Origin: Candidatus Woesearchaeota archaeon
GTDB lineage: Archaea; Nanobdellota; Nanobdellia; Pacearchaeales; GW2011-AR1
Length of the DNA stretch: 63,067 nucleotides
Direction of reading: 5' to 3'
Assembly (NCBI GenBank): GCA_964647695.1
Contig: CAZYIS010000003.1
Location: 24,848-87,914, forward strand
Of this stretch, positions 54,866-63,067 are shown piece by piece; positions within the stretch are counted from its first letter, which is position 1; each line of letters starts with the position of its first letter. A program made the position numbers and the translations under genes. The notes below the pieces were generated by a model. The model saw only the letters and a program-made list of their open reading frames with translations. It did no database searches and was not told the DNA's origin.

Positions 54866-56666
54866 GTTTATCCAGTACCTCGCTGGTATTTTCCTTAGCC
54901 TTGGAATATTCTTCCATTCCCTTTAATACCATATCGCCCAGCTTATCCACATCCTTGGCAAACACATCCAAATTATTTTTAGAATCTATGAAAGAATTCA
55001 TCAACATCTCTTCTATCTTTACCAATCCAGAAGAACATTTTTCATCCAACCCTAGATTAAACAAGATAATGGGCAATTCTCCAATAACCAATCCTATGCA
55101 ACACATCTTATTTATTATAAGGTCCACAACTTTTTCTTCCATGGTTCCTTTTGTAGCCAAACTATATATGTTCATATCCTTCTTCTGTCCAATTCTATCC
55201 AATCTACCTATTCTCTGTTCCACGGCCATAGGATTCCAAGGCAAATCGTAATTAATCAAATTATTACAGAACTGGAAATTCAATCCCTCTGCCCCAGTCT
55301 CAGTACTTATCAAAATATCTGCTCCAGCTCTAAATCTTTTAACTATGGCTGTCTTTTCTTCTCTATCCAGACCGCCCGCATATTCCAATATGTCCAAATT
55401 AAGTGGTGCAAGTTTTTCCACAATATATTTCAGAGTTGAAGGGTGCTTTGTATAAATTAAAATCTGCGAATCCTTATCCTCCGCATATATTTTATTTACC
55501 AATTCAACTAATTTTTCTATCTTAGAGTCTTTCTTTAGTGCTTTACTCTTTTCAAGTAATTTAATTGCCACTTCCTTAGTTTTATTATGATATTTTATAT
55601 CATCAATTATTTTTTGTAGAGATTCCTGTGCCGATCTGGTTGAACTTGTTACCTTTGGCAATAGCGCATAGATTATCAACTTCCCAAATATTTCATTTCC
55701 AGTGGCAGCAAAATACTTTGTCTTAAGCAAATCAAATATTCCATCATAAACCTCTTTTTCTTCCGGAGTTTGTTCAACTGCAATTATCTGAGGTATTCTA
55801 TTCATGTAATTAACTCCCTTTGCTTCATCCCTTCTTCTTCTAACCATCACCTCACTTAGTTTACGTCTCAATTCTAGAGGATTTATGGGATGTCTCTTAT
55901 TTCCCTTATGAAAAAATTGTTTCTTGAAATCATTCAATGTTCCCAGATGACCTCTCTTCAATAGATGCAGCAAATTATAAAGTTCCAGCAAATCATTCTG
56001 AAATGGAGTTGCAGTTAAAATGAAAAATCTTTTTTTCTGTAGCTTATCCACAAACTGCCATCGTCTAGAATTCTTATCCTTTAGCTTATGAGCTTCATCC
56101 ACTATCAATAGATCCCATAATATTTCATGGGCCTGGGAATGTTTAAACTTTCCACTTTTCTGATCAAAACCCTTTACCCTATCCAGAGAAGCAATGATGA
56201 GAGGATTATTCCAATCTTTTTCATCTTCAATAATTACCGGATCCAAATCAAATTTCTCTTTCAATTCCGATACCCACTGATCCACCAGAGAAGGAGGAGT
56301 TAATATCAAAGCTTTTTTTATGAACCCTCGAGCAATGCATTCTTTTATTATTATCCCTGCAGTGATGGTTTTTCCCAATCCTACTTCATCGGCCAACAAT
56401 CCAGTACCATTCAAATCCCTAAGTAACTTCAATGCTCCATCCCTTTGATGAGGCAAATCATACTCCAGATTATTCTTAAACAAAGGATAGGATATCAACT
56501 CATTTATCTGCGTATCCTTGCTAACCTTAGCCGAGCTTACCTTCAAATCAAATGCTTCTTTTTTTTCAAATTGTTTTTTTTGAATCTTCTGGATAATGTC
56601 TCCATCATCCCCGAAAGACTCATTTATAATTATATGAGCCATTCTCACCTCTTTTATTATTGGCAA
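54858..56666 (-). CDS. SNF2/SWI2-family helicase-like ATPase
   Basis: Motif I ADEVGLGKTITAG, motif II LIVDEAHKLK, motif III LTATPFQN, motif VI QRIGRLDRIGQ. 602 aa with a short N-terminus. Confidence 0.9.
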   Translation of the reverse strand: MPIIKEVRMAHIIINESFGDDGDIIQKIQKKQFEKKEAFDLKVSSAKVSKDTQINELISYPLFKNNLEYDLPHQRDGALKLLRDLNGTGLLADEVGLGKTITAGIIIKECIARGFIKKALILTPPSLVDQWVSELKEKFDLDPVIIEDEKDWNNPLIIASLDRVKGFDQKSGKFKHSQAHEILWDLLIVDEAHKLKDKNSRRWQFVDKLQKKRFFILTATPFQNDLLELYNLLHLLKRGHLGTLNDFKKQFFHKGNKRHPINPLELRRKLSEVMVRRRRDEAKGVNYMNRIPQIIAVEQTPEEKEVYDGIFDLLKTKYFAATGNEIFGKLIIYALLPKVTSSTRSAQESLQKIIDDIKYHNKTKEVAIKLLEKSKALKKDSKIEKLVELVNKIYAEDKDSQILIYTKHPSTLKYIVEKLAPLNLDILEYAGGLDREEKTAIVKRFRAGADILISTETGAEGLNFQFCNNLINYDLPWNPMAVEQRIGRLDRIGQKKDMNIYSLATKGTMEEKVVDLIINKMCCIGLVIGELPIILFNLGLDEKCSSGLVKIEEMLMNSFIDSKNNLDVFAKDVDKLGDMVLKGMEEYSKAKENTSEVLDKHE

Positions 56667-56707
56667 TCAATTCTCATTCATCTTTTTTGTTTTTAAACAT
56701 TTAGCAA

Positions 56708-57685
56708 TTAATATAATAGGTTTGTTCTACACCTCAATCCGCCACCACCATTATCCAGATTATCCTCTCTTCTAAATAATTCAATAGGATGAACCCTATC
56801 TTTTCCCAGTCTATCAACCAAATATCTTACCGTTTCCTCATTTTTCTCTGAAGCAATGATACTACCATCCGGAAGAGTTATGTAATTTAGAGCTTTTCCC
56901 ATTATATCCATTGACTTTGTAATCACATGTATATCTGCTCCTATTTGACTTGCCAAAACTTCAACCTCTGATTGAAATACATTATAATATTCCAAATTAA
57001 CCATCAATGTTCTTTCTCTAGAATTTTTTTCCAATATATTCAGTTCCGTATCCAAATGACCATTTCCATTCATTCTTCTAAATAATAGGTGGGAATCATC
57101 ATGGGAGGGTTTAATCGCTAAATTATCCATAACCGGCATAACAAAAACCCTATAGCCCATATTTTTTAACATTTCCTTATCCAACTCCCTGACCGGATAT
57201 CTTTCTCTAGCGGATAAAATTAAAGTATGATCGAAACCTATGCTAAGTCCTCCTTCACCAATTGTTGAATAAGTCAGAGGCTTACCTACATTTAAATTAG
57301 TCATCATTAAATTAATATCGCCCGTATCCGAGTCAGAACTGAAGATTTGAGATTTTAGATCTAAGAAAGAATCTCTGGGCCAATTTAATTGTTGATCATA
57401 AATTTCCGCGAGATGATTTCTTCTACTTCCAGGCAATGAAACAAGCATATCCGGAGATTTTTCTGCAAAATGTTCTATTACTGGAAGTTCTGGAAGATCC
57501 CCACTCATTCTTATGGATCGCCTAGGCACAAGTAATTTTAATTCTATACCCTTAGATTCAAGTAATTTTCTTCTTCCTTCCCAAACCTCTATACATTGAC
57601 CCACATCTTCGTAAAGAGTATCATTTCCAGCGCCATTTATTCCAGACCAAATTAGTATAGGTTTCTTCATATTGTTATTTCCCAA
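56708..57685 (-). CDS. possible guanidino-group-modifying-enzyme superfamily protein (deiminase/amidinotransferase fold)
   Basis: The C-terminal ...NGGGGLRCRTNLLY resembles the GGGxxxCxT catalytic-Cys motif that ends agmatine/arginine deiminase-type enzymes. 325 aa. The rest was not recognised. Confidence 0.4.
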   Translation of the reverse strand: MGNNNMKKPILIWSGINGAGNDTLYEDVGQCIEVWEGRRKLLESKGIELKLLVPRRSIRMSGDLPELPVIEHFAEKSPDMLVSLPGSRRNHLAEIYDQQLNWPRDSFLDLKSQIFSSDSDTGDINLMMTNLNVGKPLTYSTIGEGGLSIGFDHTLILSARERYPVRELDKEMLKNMGYRVFVMPVMDNLAIKPSHDDSHLLFRRMNGNGHLDTELNILEKNSRERTLMVNLEYYNVFQSEVEVLASQIGADIHVITKSMDIMGKALNYITLPDGSIIASEKNEETVRYLVDRLGKDRVHPIELFRREDNLDNGGGGLRCRTNLLY

Positions 57686-57743
57686 AAATCGTTTGGGCTA
57701 CGAATCAACCTCTCAAAAAATGTATAATTAGGGATTTAAAAAC

Positions 57744-59465
57744 TTACCTTTGTTTCTTCACAAAATCAAACAAATGATTATAATAATCGCTCTTGTATCT
57801 ACTAGCCATCTTTTCTATTATCAGCTCAGGGGTTGAATTTGCCAATCTTCCTAGAACTGGATTATGATCCACTATTAAATCATAATTTTCATCCAATCCC
57901 TTTGCCTCAATACCATCCACTCTTGCTCCTTTAGGAAGAGTTTTCTGTATTTCTTTGCCCAGGTGTGTAGCAATTACTAGAAAACATCCTTTTCCTATAA
58001 AAAACTCTGCACTGGCAGAAATTATGGCTCCTGCAACTCCTGGTTCAGTAACCGATTCTATTTCATCGGCCAAAATAAGAGTTTTATTTCCAGGATTTAT
58101 CTTTGACATTTGTGTAAGCAGAGTTTCAAATGCTCCCTTGCTAACCGAACCCTTATTCTTAGCAAAATAATATATTTCTTCAAATATGGGCATTTTAACT
58201 TCCCCTGGAGAAGGCAATCCCAATTGGAATAAGGAATATATCTGTATGATGTGTTCAATGAGTGTAGTCTTTCCTCCCGAATTTGCCCCGGTTAATATGG
58301 AACACTTATGTTCATTGCTCAAATTGAAAGAAATTGCTTGAGAATTATCTAAAAATAGATTATTAGATTCATTTATCTGTAGCACATCAGAAAACTGGGG
58401 GAAATTCCTAGTTTTTTCTATATATTCAGATATTCCAGATGTGAAATCATATAATATGAGCAGATCACCCAATCTACTCAACAAAGAAGGCAACTTTCTT
58501 AGTTTATCCGAATTCTTTTTTATCTTAACTGCTATGCTCGTATGTTCCAGCGTATCCTGTTTCTTAATTAAATTACTCAATTCCTGCTCTTCTATCTCAA
58601 CCGGAATAGTTTTACTAAATAGATTAGAATTCATTCCCGAAAGTCTAATGGAATCATGCATTATTTTTGATAACTCATCCGGAATAATATTTCTACTCAA
58701 CATACTATACAATGAATCTCCCGATAGAGTCATATTCTTTATTTTATCCGAAATATTTTTATTAATAGAAAGCAATGCTGCTTCCACATCTTCTCTTTTC
58801 AATTTTTCCTTCTTCCCATTGTCCAATAACTCTAGTAAAGGTTTTATTTCATCTATTACCGTTCTTATTTCCCCTTCTTTTATGTTTACATCAAGAATAT
58901 TAATATTCTCACTCCATCCCGATAGCATCTGCACATATCTTTCCAGATAAACATCATCTATGGAATCAAGAAAAACCGTCTGAGGAAGATTTTCCAATGC
59001 TCTGGAGAAATTATCTGCTTCTATTACCTGAACTATATCATATTCTTCCAGAGATTGCAGATCACTCTGGGTAATAAGAAACTTAACTGGACATCCCAAC
59101 TTCTGCAGATCATTATAGGTTCTATCATCCTCAGTCACCACCATTATTCCATAGTTAGGATGCCACCATTGTTTAGGTTTCCTAATGCCTTTGAGAAACT
59201 TATTATTCTCCAATTTAATGGTTCTAAAGAATTCCTGCCTTTCCATTATCTTTTTAGCATCAGCGGTAAACTCAAAGAAATTAAATAGATTAGAACTATC
59301 GGAAAAGTTAAAATTATTTGAAATTCTACTAATCAACTTATTATGAATGAGCTTTGCATCCTTGGTTTTATAGAATGACTCTTCCTTCAATACAATAGAA
59401 GTCTTATTCCCATTAAACGGAGACAAATTATTCTTTTTTACAAATTCAATCAGCTCTTTTTGCAT
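57744..59465 (-). CDS. MutS-family (MutS2/archaeal MutS-like) ATPase without an obvious mismatch-binding or Smr domain
   Basis: Walker A LTGANSGGKTTLIEHI, Walker B/MutS motif LILADEIESVTEPGVAGAI, and ATHL. 573 aa. Confidence 0.75.
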   Translation of the reverse strand: MQKELIEFVKKNNLSPFNGNKTSIVLKEESFYKTKDAKLIHNKLISRISNNFNFSDSSNLFNFFEFTADAKKIMERQEFFRTIKLENNKFLKGIRKPKQWWHPNYGIMVVTEDDRTYNDLQKLGCPVKFLITQSDLQSLEEYDIVQVIEADNFSRALENLPQTVFLDSIDDVYLERYVQMLSGWSENINILDVNIKEGEIRTVIDEIKPLLELLDNGKKEKLKREDVEAALLSINKNISDKIKNMTLSGDSLYSMLSRNIIPDELSKIMHDSIRLSGMNSNLFSKTIPVEIEEQELSNLIKKQDTLEHTSIAVKIKKNSDKLRKLPSLLSRLGDLLILYDFTSGISEYIEKTRNFPQFSDVLQINESNNLFLDNSQAISFNLSNEHKCSILTGANSGGKTTLIEHIIQIYSLFQLGLPSPGEVKMPIFEEIYYFAKNKGSVSKGAFETLLTQMSKINPGNKTLILADEIESVTEPGVAGAIISASAEFFIGKGCFLVIATHLGKEIQKTLPKGARVDGIEAKGLDENYDLIVDHNPVLGRLANSTPELIIEKMASRYKSDYYNHLFDFVKKQR

Positions 59466-59562
59466 AAAATCTAAGAATAAACCAGTATTTTAAATATTTA
59501 GTAACTGAAATATAGACAAAAAATTAAAAATTACTTCAGCTTACCCTGTGCTTCGAAATAAA

Positions 59563-59769
59563 TTACTTTCTTCTCTTAGCCTTTTTAACAGATTTAATAG
59601 TATTTACTCCCAATAGATCATACAATCCACACCAACTAGTTAGTGCAGTTATAATTGCCACAGCAGTTATAATATAGAACCATGGACTTGCCACATAACC
59701 AAAGTAGGCTGCAATAATTGCAATTACCCATCTTACTATTTTATCAGTTTTTCCGATATTTTTAGTCAT
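59563..59769 (-). CDS. DUF2892 (YgaP-like) small membrane protein
   Basis: DKIVRWVIAIIAAYFGY...TSWCGLYDLLGVNT matches the family pattern ending CxxYxxxG. 68 aa. Confidence 0.65.
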   Translation of the reverse strand: MTKNIGKTDKIVRWVIAIIAAYFGYVASPWFYIITAVAIITALTSWCGLYDLLGVNTIKSVKKAKRRK

Positions 59770-59888
59770 TTTTACCTCCTTATAAGATAAAATAAGGATG
59801 AATGAACAAACTTTTAAACCCTTCCAATAGAAGTTAGTTCTAGAAAGTTACAACTTAAGTATTTATTATCTAAAACATATAATATAGT

Positions 59889-60548
59889 ATGAATGGAAAA
59901 GAAGCAGAACTTTTAGGAATGCATGTTGGAGACGGCACATTGTATAAAACTAAGAGAAATAGCTTAGTTTGGGAACTTCGTGGAAGTGTTAATGAAAAAG
60001 AGTACTATAAATATGTTAGACAATTAATAAAAGAAATATTTAACATTGAAGTTAAACCTAAATATCGAGGTATCAATAGTTATGGTATTCAAACAACAAA
60101 TAAAATAATTACTCAATTTTTTATTGATTCTGGTTTCAAACCAGGCCCCAAAACTCTTACAGTTTCTATTCCAGAAGAAATTAAGAAAGCAAAGGAAAAT
60201 ATTCAATTAAGTTTTCTTAGAGGTTTATTTGATACTGATGGTTGCATAAGATTTGACAAGAATCGAACCGATTTTTATTATTATCCGAAAATTGAATTTA
60301 GCTTGGCCTCTAAACAATTAATAGAAGACCTAGAGATACTATTTAAAGAATTAAAGTTTAGAGCACATAAATGGCAATATAAACGAAAAGATGGAATGAC
60401 CTTTAGTATATGTCTAGCAGGATTTGATAATTTAGATAAATGGTTGAAAGAGGTTAAACCTGCAAACCCCAAGCATCAAAATAGGGTTAAAATTGGTCTA
60501 TTAAACAAGAATAAAATAAAGCTAAAAAAGGTAAGTACAAATCTTTAA
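59889..60548 (+). CDS. free-standing double-motif LAGLIDADG homing-endonuclease-like protein
   Basis: Two LAGLIDADG-type motifs, ELLGMHVGDGTL and FLRGLFDTDGCI, about 100 aa apart. 219 aa. It ends 26 nt before tRNA-Ser. Confidence 0.75.
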   Translation: MNGKEAELLGMHVGDGTLYKTKRNSLVWELRGSVNEKEYYKYVRQLIKEIFNIEVKPKYRGINSYGIQTTNKIITQFFIDSGFKPGPKTLTVSIPEEIKKAKENIQLSFLRGLFDTDGCIRFDKNRTDFYYYPKIEFSLASKQLIEDLEILFKELKFRAHKWQYKRKDGMTFSICLAGFDNLDKWLKEVKPANPKHQNRVKIGLLNKNKIKLKKVSTNL

Positions 60549-60574
60549 AAGACTCTAATTATATGTTAAATTAA

Positions 60575-60659
60575 GCCCGGATGGCGCAGCGGTTACCGCG
60601 ACGGATTGCTAATCCGTTTTCCAGCAATGGATCCCCAGGTTCAAATCCTGGTCCGGGCG
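60575..60659 (+). tRNA. tRNA-Ser (anticodon GCU), type II with long variable arm
   Basis: GCCCGGA-TG-GCGC-AGCGGTTA-CCGC-G-ACGGA-TTGCTAA-TCCGT-variable arm TTTCCAGCAATGGATC(C)-CCAGG-TTCAAAT-CCTGG-TCCGGGC-G. Discriminator G73 and no encoded CCA. Confidence 0.9.
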
Positions 60660-60790
60660 TTTAACCTTTTTATGATTTCTCAAAGACTCCAAAGTAAATT
60701 TAGAGAATAAAATATATAGATCGAACTTTAGAAGTTCAACGCGCTGTTCTTGGACAGAATGAACTGTAAATTGGTCCATCATAGATCCTT

Positions 60791-61231
60791 TTAAGGTTCA
60801 ACTAGGAATGAAGTTCTGTCAAAAACATTTGGAACATACCAAAGAGGGTTTGAATATTTATCTTTTTTTGAAGCAGATTCATATTCTAGAAAACCCTTGA
60901 AAGCATCTTTTAATACTTTCGAAGCAGCATATGCTTTTACATTATCTTTATATGAAGCTTCCATATCTTCAAATTTCACGCTATAGGGTAAACCTTTTGT
61001 GCTGATTCTGTCTCCTTCTTCGTAAGAAAAGCCCCCATTAAACACTATATTGTAGGCAAGAGTTTCAAGATCTCTAGAATGTATTCTATCGCTAGAATAT
61101 CTAAGTGCTCTAGAAAAAGATCCTTTCTTCTTTTTATTTTCAAATATTTCTATTTCTAAGTTCTTACTTCCGCTATCAAAGTGCCAATTCCCTCCCCAAT
61201 ATACTCTAGTTATAATAAAATTTTTACTCAT
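60791..61231 (-). CDS. hypothetical protein coupled to the receiver-domain gene
   Basis: 146 aa with ATGA overlap with the upstream receiver gene. Confidence 0.55.
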   Translation of the reverse strand: MSKNFIITRVYWGGNWHFDSGSKNLEIEIFENKKKKGSFSRALRYSSDRIHSRDLETLAYNIVFNGGFSYEEGDRISTKGLPYSVKFEDMEASYKDNVKAYAASKVLKDAFKGFLEYESASKKDKYSNPLWYVPNVFDRTSFLVEP

Positions 61232-61638
61232 ATTTTTACACCTCCATTCAACTTTTGAGCGAGATAATCTTTAGAACGGTGTTTTTCAGCAAAATCTGTA
61301 GCACCATATTTTAAACCATATTTAATGTATTTTTCATCTGATGTATGAAGAATTCTTATTGGAGAATAAGATTTAACTGACTCTAGAACTCTAAAACCTG
61401 TTTTGTCCTCTCTTGAATTATCTTCTTCACTCCAATTTAAGTCTATTAAGAGAGAATCATACCTTCCGTTCTTTGCCCTTTGGATAAAATCGCATTCTTC
61501 TGAAGCAAAATCAAAATCTGCTATATTAGAATAGTTTCTAAGGAAAGCCTTATTTTCTATACTTCCAACTACTCCGATTTGATCATCTCCAACCAAAACT
61601 TTTTTCTTTTCTTGGGTATTGTTGTTTTTATTTACCAT
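61228..61638 (-). CDS. stand-alone CheY-like receiver-domain protein
   Basis: beta1 KKVLVGDD, beta3 YDSLLIDLNW (phospho-acceptor Asp position), beta4 IRILHTSD, beta5 GATDFAEK. 136 aa. Confidence 0.6.
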   Translation of the reverse strand: MVNKNNNTQEKKKVLVGDDQIGVVGSIENKAFLRNYSNIADFDFASEECDFIQRAKNGRYDSLLIDLNWSEEDNSREDKTGFRVLESVKSYSPIRILHTSDEKYIKYGLKYGATDFAEKHRSKDYLAQKLNGGVKI

Positions 61639-61733
61639 GATTAAGTAATAACCACAACCTACTTAAGTAAAGGTGTTCTCCTACAGGACTACTCTATAGA
61701 AAGAATTAAAAACTAGGAATTGCTTAATTATTC

Positions 61734-62492
61734 ATGAATTTGAGTCAATTAAAGGAAATAGGCCTCACGGATGGTGAGATTAAGGTATATGAAGCATTAT
61801 TGGACCTGGGGGAATCAACCAAAACTGCTCTAGCAAAAAAGTCCGGTGTGGCTCCATCAAATATTTATGATATTACCAATAGACTCATTGAAAAGGGAAT
61901 AATTTCGAAAGTGGATAAAAATGGTATAGCTAATTTTAGTCCAGCTAACCCTTCTAGAATATTGGATTTTCTAGATAATAAAAAAAGAGAAATTGATAAG
62001 GAGAAAGATGGCCTCTCTTCCATACTGCCCCTATTACTATCAAAATTCTCAAAAACAAAAGAAAAAGTCAATGTGGAAGTCTTTCAGAATTGGAATGGAC
62101 TTAAAACCATATTTGAAGATTTATTAGAAGAATGTGATAAGAGATCTGAGAACTATGTTTTTGGAGCAACAAAAGGAGAAAAAGAAGAGCTAACAGATAA
62201 CTTCTTTCTTAAATATTCAAAAGCTAGAGCAGACAAAGGAATAATAACAAATATTATCTTCAATGAAGAACTTAGAAATAGAAAGGAAAGAATAGCCTTC
62301 TTTCTAAAATCTAGTAAATATAAAGTGAGATTTTTACAGCAAACAACACCTTCAGAAATTATGATTTATAAAAATAAAACATGTATAATTATTTTGTCAG
62401 GTGCGCCTCTGGTAATCCGCATTACGTCAAAAGAAGTTGCGGATAGCTTCAAACAATATTTTGATTTAATGTGGAAAATAGCTAAGAAATGA
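61734..62492 (+). CDS. TrmB-family transcriptional regulator
   Basis: IGLTDGEIKVYEALLDLGESTKTALAKKSGVAPSNIYDITNRLIEKGI. 252 aa, colinear with 49673-50431 and ending in the same ...WKIAKK. Confidence 0.8.
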   Translation: MNLSQLKEIGLTDGEIKVYEALLDLGESTKTALAKKSGVAPSNIYDITNRLIEKGIISKVDKNGIANFSPANPSRILDFLDNKKREIDKEKDGLSSILPLLLSKFSKTKEKVNVEVFQNWNGLKTIFEDLLEECDKRSENYVFGATKGEKEELTDNFFLKYSKARADKGIITNIIFNEELRNRKERIAFFLKSSKYKVRFLQQTTPSEIMIYKNKTCIIILSGAPLVIRITSKEVADSFKQYFDLMWKIAKK

Positions 62493-62649
62493 TTGCACCT
62501 ACTTTTTCGTTGTTACTAGAGTTTAACTTTAAGTTCAAATTATGACCTATGTGAAGCATAGTTCTGAAAAGGCCCAGTGATAAAATTTGTTACTATTATA
62601 TATAAAATATAACCAGTTAATTTATATATGACTATTAGTAGGAAAATTT

Positions 62650-63067
62650 ATGTGGGGACCTCATGTTAAACTTTGGAGCAACATTGAAAGACTTAAAGAG
62701 TACACTGCTTTTGACGGATTATTTGTTTCTAGAAATCACCGTGGCGAATTAGTATTGCCAAAAGAGAGCTATTTGGACTATTTTCTATTTGACCAAGAGA
62801 GTGAAAAAGATCTAATGATAGGTTTTGGTAGGGATCGAAGAAGAGAACATTTTTATTCCAAAGAAAGATATGATGGCAAAGAAAGAATGCTATTTCAAAA
62901 TAATGGACTAATGGACCTAGCCCATAAATCATTAGATAATCCTTCTTCTCAATCATGGGTACTACTACAGCAAGCATTTGCCATACCCGAAAGAACCACT
63001 GAGGGAATAAATGAAAGACAACAGATATTTAGAGCATTAGAAAGTTCAGATTTAGAAAAGTTAGAAA
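62650..63067 (+). CDS. 5'-partial view of an ORF running off the window end; possibly a second MutS-like protein
   Basis: The frame is open from the ATG at 62650 to the window end (139 codons) and is absent from the ORF track. ...PERTTEGINERQQIFRALESSD resembles ...TADAKKIMERQEFFRTIKLEN in the N-terminal region of the MutS-like protein at 57744-59465. Confidence 0.5.
   Translation, partial: MWGPHVKLWSNIERLKEYTAFDGLFVSRNHRGELVLPKESYLDYFLFDQESEKDLMIGFGRDRRREHFYSKERYDGKERMLFQNNGLMDLAHKSLDNPSSQSWVLLQQAFAIPERTTEGINERQQIFRALESSDLEKLE

Noticed and set aside
58441-58950. 169-aa plus-strand ORF inside the MutS-like gene, and the 116-aa ORF at 54901-55251 inside the SNF2 gene
   Set aside because: They are antisense to motif-supported genes, and the translations are S/F/L/I-rich and low-complexity.
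60660-60790. Possible att-like duplicate of the tRNA-Ser 3' end (aggttcaac at about 60794 vs aggttcaaatcc in the tRNA) and a GAACTT-tag-AAGTTC hairpin at about 60723-60737
   Set aside because: The tRNA-like match is only about 9 nt and is not followed by integrase or island genes. The hairpin is short and A/T-rich, consistent with chance or a simple terminator.
62729-62977. 82-aa minus-strand ORF near the window end
   Set aside because: It lies antisense to a longer open frame (62650 to the window end, plus strand). That frame has an ATG and resembles the N-terminal region of the MutS-like protein, so I prefer the plus-strand reading.
1-63067. CRISPR arrays, IS elements, transposases, integrases, reverse transcriptase/DGR components, rRNA genes
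   Set aside because: Scanning the intergenic regions and ORF translations by eye revealed no regularly spaced direct repeats. I also found no DDE, tyrosine- or serine-recombinase motifs, no YxDD reverse-transcriptase motif and no rRNA-like sequence.

Overview
This is an AT-rich window that reads as an archaeal chromosome segment, probably from a small-genome, DPANN-like lineage. That placement is inferred from several signals. TTTAAATA-type boxes sit about 22-30 nt upstream of first-gene ATGs, while internal operon genes use GGAGG Shine-Dalgarno sites. There are three TrmB-family regulators, an AbrB-PhoU regulator, an OB-fold RecJ-like DHH protein and a surface protein with a C-terminal TM anchor. 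Both tRNAs lack an encoded CCA. Recognisable housekeeping genes are ileS, RNase HII, an SMC-type ATPase, an IMPDH/GMPR-family enzyme, a CDP-alcohol phosphatidyltransferase, TatD, endonuclease IV, Nudix, an M16 peptidase, an S51 peptidase, a nitroreductase, two FtsX/MacB-type permeases, a Hanks-type Ser/Thr kinase, an SNF2 helicase, a MutS-like ATPase, tRNA-Met(CAU) and tRNA-Ser(GCU). I saw no CRISPR array, transposase, integrase or reverse transcriptase. The main candidate for an undescribed system is 17117-30209. It is a 22-gene, 13-kb plus-strand operon fused almost entirely by ATGA start/stop overlaps. It encodes six intact and one degenerate SAM-methyltransferase-fold proteins of several classes, two signal-peptide proteins with bacterial-OMP-like beta-barrel C-termini, two small membrane proteins and eleven proteins with no motif I recognise. 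Secondary items are: an 8-gene RHH-led minus-strand operon (31525-36386) of HTH-rich orphans with an HExxH protein; an SMC-headed ATPase with a central CPLC zinc-hook-like motif instead of a hinge; a radical-SAM gene preceded by an unlisted 42-aa Cys-rich ORF; unlisted AbrB-like micro-ORFs; and a chimeric junction built from two duplicated gene ends. All functional calls rest on motifs read by eye. No database search was run.
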